IMG/VR virus record: IMGVR_UViG_3300044712_001937 | Coordinates: 186,001 to 250,000 of that record | Direction: 5' to 3' (one strand) | Length of the DNA: 64,000 nt | In this document: positions 58,675 through 64,000 of the stretch, piece after piece | How positions within the stretch are numbered: position 1 is the stretch's first letter | Layout: each line of letters opens with the position of its first letter | The notes under the pieces: model-generated | Database searches by the model: none | Told to the model about the DNA's origin: nothing | The model's input: only the letters and a program-made list of their open reading frames with translations | Position numbers and translations under genes: made by a program

Positions 58675-59610
58675 TTATTTAAATTTCCAAATAAATGATT
58701 TATATTGCTTTCTTATTCCTCTACAACATTCTGAAATTCCAGTTGCATTATAATTAAGCGTTTTTACAATTTCTTGTCCTGAATTCCATTCTTTTATTAT
58801 ATTATTATTAATATCATATTGTATTATTTTTTTTTCGTTATTAATTGAATTCCAATTAACATTATTTTTTGTAAAATAATTTTTAATTGCAGTAATTGGA
58901 ATATTATATTTTTTATGCAAGCCATATATAGTATATTTTCCACTTAAAAAATCATTTTTAAGTATAGGATATAAATTCTTATAATAATTAATTCCATTTA
59001 TTTCAATATTTTTATTTTTATAAGGTATTTCCTTCCATTTATGTTTATAATCACTAATAGGGCATTTACCTATATATTTTAAAAAATTATTAACTTTTTT
59101 TCTAGGTATATTAATCAAATATTGCGTATCTGTTTTTCTCAATGGTTTAGCATCAAAATCAGATAATTTTTCACATAAAAAAATAATTTCATCATACGTA
59201 AATGAATTTGTATGTAATTTAATATATCCATATTTTTTTTCAAGCTCACCATCACCAATATACCACATCAATAATAAATTTTTATTAATTTCAATATCAA
59301 GCGGTACTATTTTAATTTTATTTGCATAAAATCTTAAATATTGTTCAGTAAATACTGATAATGATTTAGTTCTAAATGAGTAATTAATATATGTTTTTTT
59401 AGTTCTATTATCAAAAATTTCTTTTTTTACTATTACTCGATTATTTTCATTACAATATTCTAAAAAAAATTGATGTATATATTCAGTGTGTTGTTTTGAA
59501 GATGATAAATATTTAAAAGATGCATTTTTTCCATTTTTATGTAATTCTAAATGACCATCACCTAATAAGCAACCTTCTAAAATTTTTTGTGTATATGTAA
59601 AATCATTCAT
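58675..59610 (-). mobile_element. LAGLIDADG homing endonuclease with C-terminal NUMOD1-like HTH
   Basis: ILEGCLLGDGHL; LLMWYIGDGEL; tail IIQYDINNNIIKEWNS...GISECCRG...FIWKFK. Confidence 0.9.
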
Positions 59611-59716
59611 GATAAATATTTTTTACATAAATACACAAAATTTTTAAAAATATCTTCAAAGTTATTTTTTTATTAAAAAGTATTATTTGCACTACTATTC
59701 ACATATATTTTTAATT

Positions 59717-59914
59717 TTAAAACAAGTCTTTATAATCATCACATGCCGGGTCATTCTGAGATATAATTTTTCCAGTAATATCACATTTAAATTCTAAAAA
59801 TGATATTGGTAACATAACTCCAGTTTTTTTAAACTGTTCTATACGTTTTTTAGAAATTTCTTCAGATGATAAAGACCTTTCTTTTTTATTTTTACATGTA
59901 AAACAATCAGGCAT
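59717..59914 (-). CDS. Small Cys-containing protein
   Basis: CFTC...CDITG...ACDDY. Confidence 0.6.
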   Translation of the reverse strand: MPDCFTCKNKKERSLSSEEISKKRIEQFKKTGVMLPISFLEFKCDITGKIISQNDPACDDYKDLF

Positions 59915-59920
59915 AATATA

Positions 59921-60469
59921 TTAATATTGAGGATTATTTTTTATTACGTCAGCTAAAATTTTCAAACCAATTAAATTATCAATATGATAGCAATCAACAT
60001 ATCTTTCAATAGTTAATTTTCCTTCGTTACAAAGTTTTGAAACTTCTTCAACTGTAATTGGAATGTATTCCTTTTTAAGAATATTACTGTATATTTTTTC
60101 ATAACCAATATTTTCTAATTGCTTATCAAAATCATCATCATAAATAGGTTGTGCACCATATTCATCTGGACTCGGACAACCACAATGACCACCAGTACGT
60201 ATGATATTTCCCATAATTTCAGAATCATTATTAGGATGTTTCATATTATATAAATCCATTGCAATTTTTAATGGTAATCCTTTTTCACCATCAGGTACAG
60301 TTGCAATCCAATAAGTCCATGCTCGTTTAAAAGTCCAATTTCCAACTCTACCTACATGTTTATAGGGAACTTCACCTTTCCCTTCACACTCAATAATTGG
60401 TATACCTGCTAAATATAATTCTTCTTTTACTAAATTATCAGCATTTATATCTCCAGCTAAATTTTTCAT
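59921..60469 (-). CDS. Hypothetical protein
   Basis: Behind a host-type promoter at 60488-60518 (minus strand). Confidence 0.8.
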   Translation of the reverse strand: MKNLAGDINADNLVKEELYLAGIPIIECEGKGEVPYKHVGRVGNWTFKRAWTYWIATVPDGEKGLPLKIAMDLYNMKHPNNDSEIMGNIIRTGGHCGCPSPDEYGAQPIYDDDFDKQLENIGYEKIYSNILKKEYIPITVEEVSKLCNEGKLTIERYVDCYHIDNLIGLKILADVIKNNPQY

Positions 60470-60519
60470 AAATTATTTTTAAGTAGACAAATATATAATT
60501 TTGTAATTAAAAAACAAAA

Positions 60520-61017
60520 TTAATAACGATAAATAAATCCATCTGGATGATAACAAGTAGCTTCTTGTTTCATTTTCACTCCATGACAACGCAGAAAATG
60601 ACCTTTAATTTCCATTGTTTGGTCTCTTCCACCATTTGATATTGCAGCTAAAATACCAAACATTCCACTCACTGCTGAATTTTCATCATATTCTCCATTC
60701 TTATTTTTAGGAATTGAGATTCCGGATGCTTGGCGAGTTTTTGGTTTATTTTTATATTTCCAATCATTCCGAAATAGCATATAAAGTTCTTCAAGAAAAG
60801 TTGTTGCAGACATAACCTTAATATCTGCAACCATTTTCACGAAATTATCCGAAGGTTTTTTTCCAAATTCTTTTAATATTCCCTTAAATATACCTTCGAG
60901 AATATCATGACTTAAATCAGAAGTAGTTGCACCTCTACCTGAATAATATTCAGGACGTGTAGACATTCGGTTATTACGAATAATGTCTTTTAATTTTTCA
61001 AAATTATCTATTATCAT
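60520..61017 (-). CDS. Hypothetical protein
   Basis: ORF in - block. Confidence 0.75.
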   Translation of the reverse strand: MIIDNFEKLKDIIRNNRMSTRPEYYSGRGATTSDLSHDILEGIFKGILKEFGKKPSDNFVKMVADIKVMSATTFLEELYMLFRNDWKYKNKPKTRQASGISIPKNKNGEYDENSAVSGMFGILAAISNGGRDQTMEIKGHFLRCHGVKMKQEATCYHPDGFIYRY

Positions 61018-61022
61018 GACTT

Positions 61023-61949
61023 TTAGTTATATAAATTACTATTAAGAATATATTTTAACACATCTGGAGTTATGTAATGAAGCAATTCTTTATCAATTGA
61101 TTCAATTTCAAAACTTTTATCATTAAAAGTAATTTTATTTATAGTATCATTACGTTCTTTAAGCAAGTCTCTAACCTGAGTAGAAGATGATTCCATGATG
61201 GTAGATTCTGCGGTAAGATAAATATGAGGATATTTAAAATACCACGCATTTTGAAGAGGCTGGTAACCTTTTCTTGGAACTATAACCATTCGTATCATTC
61301 TTTCGAGTTCTTCAAAATTTACCCATGTATCGAATGAATTTGCATTATCTAATCCAACAACAAGAGAAAAATTATAACGTTCGTTTAATTCTTTCTCCAT
61401 TTTTAACTTTTTAATCATATAATATGATTCGCCTTTTAATTTATGCTGAATTTCATAATCAAATATTTTAATTCTCGCATCAACTTTTGCTGCAAGTTTA
61501 CACATTTCCAAACGGTGTTCTGGACTTTCCATTATTTTTCCGTTCATATGTTCATATGCCGGAACAAGCCAAACTTCATCAAATTCGCCACTGGTATTCA
61601 ATATAAATTGTGCTGCCTGAATATGACCTATTGTTATTGGGTTGAAAGCACCACCATATAATGCAACTTTAGTTTTTCGACCTAATGATAAATATTGTTG
61701 TCTTCTGCTTTCAATTTTCTCTAAAGTTCTACCAATTAATTCAGCAGCATCCCAACCATTTTCATTACATAACTGTAATAGTGATGCTAAGATATCTCCG
61801 GTTTCTTCTTTAAGATTAATTACATCTTGCCATTTCATGAGTTCAAAGAATTCACCTTGAATATCTTTTAAACGTTCTTTTAATGGAGTATAACCAAAAT
61901 GTTCTGTGAACACATCATTTACAACTTTTTGAATTTTATTTATTTCCAT
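61023..61949 (-). CDS. nadD: MazG-like pyrophosphatase fused to nicotinate/nicotinamide-nucleotide adenylyltransferase
   Basis: N-terminal DIQGEFFEL...LKEETGDILA; C-terminal YGGAFNPITIGH, WLVPAYEH, VVGLDNA, SSTQVR. Confidence 0.85.
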   Translation of the reverse strand: MEINKIQKVVNDVFTEHFGYTPLKERLKDIQGEFFELMKWQDVINLKEETGDILASLLQLCNENGWDAAELIGRTLEKIESRRQQYLSLGRKTKVALYGGAFNPITIGHIQAAQFILNTSGEFDEVWLVPAYEHMNGKIMESPEHRLEMCKLAAKVDARIKIFDYEIQHKLKGESYYMIKKLKMEKELNERYNFSLVVGLDNANSFDTWVNFEELERMIRMVIVPRKGYQPLQNAWYFKYPHIYLTAESTIMESSSTQVRDLLKERNDTINKITFNDKSFEIESIDKELLHYITPDVLKYILNSNLYN

Positions 61950-62355
61950 AAGTTATTTTAGTTAAATTATTATCAATTTCAACAATTTTATCTTGTAATA
62001 GTTTTCGATTCTCAATTTCAAAAATTGAATCATCTTTAGATTCTTTAATGAATGTTTTTATTTCTCTCCAGAATAATCTTCGAATTCTTAATTGTTCTAA
62101 ATCGAAATTATCTTTAGGTTTAGTTCCAGATTTTAAGCAACCCTTATCATTATTATTTGATAGTGGACAATCAGTATAGTTACAATTATTATTTTCTTTA
62201 TCGAAATAAGGTTTACACATTTGACAATTTAAAGAAAATATAGTAATACCATAATCATCTCTTAATTTTTTAGAATTTAAATTAAGAGAAATAATATCAT
62301 TAAACTGATTAATAATATTATTACAATATTCTAATATTTTATCTTTTTCAGACAT
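61936..62355 (-). CDS. Cys-rich hypothetical protein
   Basis: CQMC...CxxxxCPL...GC. Confidence 0.7.
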   Translation of the reverse strand: MSEKDKILEYCNNIINQFNDIISLNLNSKKLRDDYGITIFSLNCQMCKPYFDKENNNCNYTDCPLSNNNDKGCLKSGTKPKDNFDLEQLRIRRLFWREIKTFIKESKDDSIFEIENRKLLQDKIVEIDNNLTKITYGNK

Positions 62356-62357
62356 AA

Positions 62358-62567
62358 TTATTTATTCATAAATCGTTTTACAATTTCCACGTCAATAAGA
62401 CTATTTATACGAAGTGCTCTTGTAAATTCTGTACCAATTTGTGGATTTTCAGTAAGTATATAGTTACCTAATTTATATGGTAAATCACCATATTTTTTAC
62501 AGGCAATATTATTCTTTATTGAACGTAGTTCATCATCAGTATAAAATTTTATATCTTCGCTTTTCAT
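62358..62567 (-). CDS. Hypothetical protein
   Basis: ORF in - block. Confidence 0.6.
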   Translation of the reverse strand: MKSEDIKFYTDDELRSIKNNIACKKYGDLPYKLGNYILTENPQIGTEFTRALRINSLIDVEIVKRFMNK

Positions 62568-63166
62568 TGAATTTTATGTATTAATGAATTTATTAACCCA
62601 AATGTGCTACCAATTAAATGTTTATCTTCATTAGTTAATGACTTAAATTCAGGATTTTTAATTAAAAGTTGAAGATTATCTTTAAATGGAATTAATGATT
62701 TTATATTTTCAATCCAAACCGGATTAAGAAGAATATCAATATTTCTATCTTCTTTCCATCTGAATATTTTGAATTCAGAAAGATTAGCTTTTCCAATTTC
62801 CCATTCACCATATTCAAAAACACTTCTTAATAAATTACCATTACCTTCCAACATCCATTTGCAAGATTTAACAGCACCCCAATGATTTGAATATCGAAAT
62901 ACATCACCATTTTCAGTAATTGCATATTCACTACCACTCGGACTTTTATGTTGGTAAATTAAATTTTGTTTCATAACACCAAAATCCCATGTTTCATGAA
63001 TATTATCGTGAGTATTTTCAATTTTTTTGAAATCAACACTCGTACAAATATGAAAGTTTGAAGTGTTAATTGTAGTATTAAGCTCACGAAAATGTATATA
63101 TCGGATATTTTCAAGCTCATTAATGAGCTTTAAATTTTCTTCAATATGTTCTTTAGGTATCATCAT
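62564..63166 (-). CDS. Hypothetical protein
   Basis: Behind promoter motif at 63187-63212. Confidence 0.8.
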   Translation of the reverse strand: MMIPKEHIEENLKLINELENIRYIHFRELNTTINTSNFHICTSVDFKKIENTHDNIHETWDFGVMKQNLIYQHKSPSGSEYAITENGDVFRYSNHWGAVKSCKWMLEGNGNLLRSVFEYGEWEIGKANLSEFKIFRWKEDRNIDILLNPVWIENIKSLIPFKDNLQLLIKNPEFKSLTNEDKHLIGSTFGLINSLIHKIQ

Positions 63167-63235
63167 TATAATTCATTTTTTATAAGATACGATAAATCAT
63201 TCAATATGTTACAAAAAAACCCACTAATTAGTGGG

Positions 63236-63643
63236 TTAAATTTTATCTTCAATTGCCAAACATTGATTTATTAAATCATATTTATCATCTGATTTAAAAA
63301 TAATAGGTTTAAATGTTATACCAAATTCACTAAGAAAAAAGCATTTAGCTCTTTTATTACCAATATATATTCTTTTAATTAAACCATTATTATCGAAATT
63401 CATTACCCTTAACTTTCCACTACGCCAAATAATATGATTTTTTTTAACTTCTGGAGGGATATATTGAAATGAACCATTCTCTATTCTACCACCTCCAAAA
63501 TATGTTGGATTTAAATATGTTACAAATTTACCATTTTTTCTCATTTCTTCAACACATGCCTTATGGTCATAACTTACATATATAAATTTACAACCAGATA
63601 AAACAACTTCTTTAATGATGTGATATGGTATAGTTGAAATCAT
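63236..63643 (-). CDS. Hypothetical protein
   Basis: ORF followed by hairpin AAAACCCACTAATTAGTGGGTT. Confidence 0.7.
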   Translation of the reverse strand: MISTIPYHIIKEVVLSGCKFIYVSYDHKACVEEMRKNGKFVTYLNPTYFGGGRIENGSFQYIPPEVKKNHIIWRSGKLRVMNFDNNGLIKRIYIGNKRAKCFFLSEFGITFKPIIFKSDDKYDLINQCLAIEDKI

Positions 63644-63656
63644 AAACCCTTTGATA

Positions 63657-63842
63657 TTAATAAAAACAACAAATTAATAAGTAGAAAAACAAGAAACAGC
63701 ATAAACCAAACTTCAGGTTTTTTAATTCAACTATAAATTCTTTCCAGAATTTTTTACTTTTATCGTAACTCGATGCATTCATTCCTTTAACCAAAAATAC
63801 TATGGTTAAATATAGTAGTACTTGTAAAACATATATATTCAT
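63657..63842 (-). CDS. Small membrane protein
   Basis: Two hydrophobic segments. Confidence 0.55.
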   Translation of the reverse strand: MNIYVLQVLLYLTIVFLVKGMNASSYDKSKKFWKEFIVELKNLKFGLCCFLFFYLLICCFY

Positions 63843-64000
63843 ATAAATTTTAATTTAAAGTTATTATTTCAACATTTCTGCATAGCTACGTATTGACTCA
63901 TAATCATTTAAATTATTCTTCAAAAATGTAACTTGTCTTAAATACAGTTCCTTACTTAATATTCCAGATTGAATTAATGCGAAGCCATCATTCATGTCTT

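Noticed and set aside
1079-61860. Numerous short antisense or alternate-frame ORFs (e.g. 3816, 11774, 23422, 34390, 42778, 46244, 47463, 49035)
   Set aside because: Shadows of longer, better-supported genes. The 46244/47463 pair resemble each other only because the sense genes are paralogs.
1-64000. Stop-codon reassignment, as in some large gut phages
   Set aside because: Long genes are intact under code 11, and TAG/TGA fall at sensible gene ends. The few broken ORFs are frameshifts, not in-frame stops.

Overview
This AT-rich window (roughly one quarter GC by eye) looks like an accessory or early-middle region of a large lytic phage infecting Bacteroidota. The evidence is dense small ORFs in long co-oriented blocks, rIIA/rIIB, homing endonucleases, Bacteroidota-type TTTG/TAnnTTTG promoters, and no housekeeping operons or clear virion module. 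Standard code 11 fits. Recognisable cargo includes a compact Cas12f-like nuclease with a tracrRNA-like region and a 6-repeat CRISPR array but no cas1/cas2, an RNA ligase, two stand-alone DUF262 proteins, a ParB-like protein, a macro domain protein, a MazG-NadD fusion, SPFH, CHAP and SGNH proteins, and KH (S3-like) and L7/L12-like domains. The most striking observation is two paralogous small genes (46254 and 47560) whose last codons are a diverged CRISPR repeat. Each has independently gained a repeat duplication around exactly 30 unrelated nt (36+30 = 66 nt, in frame), which looks like a CRISPR mini-array inside the coding 3' end. Other highlights are several tRNA-shaped RNAs that keep acceptor, D and T arms but have a missing or broken anticodon arm, and a 19-copy ECF-sigma-like promoter (GTAACA-N14-TCGTAT). 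All family calls come from motif recognition by eye; no database searches were run.
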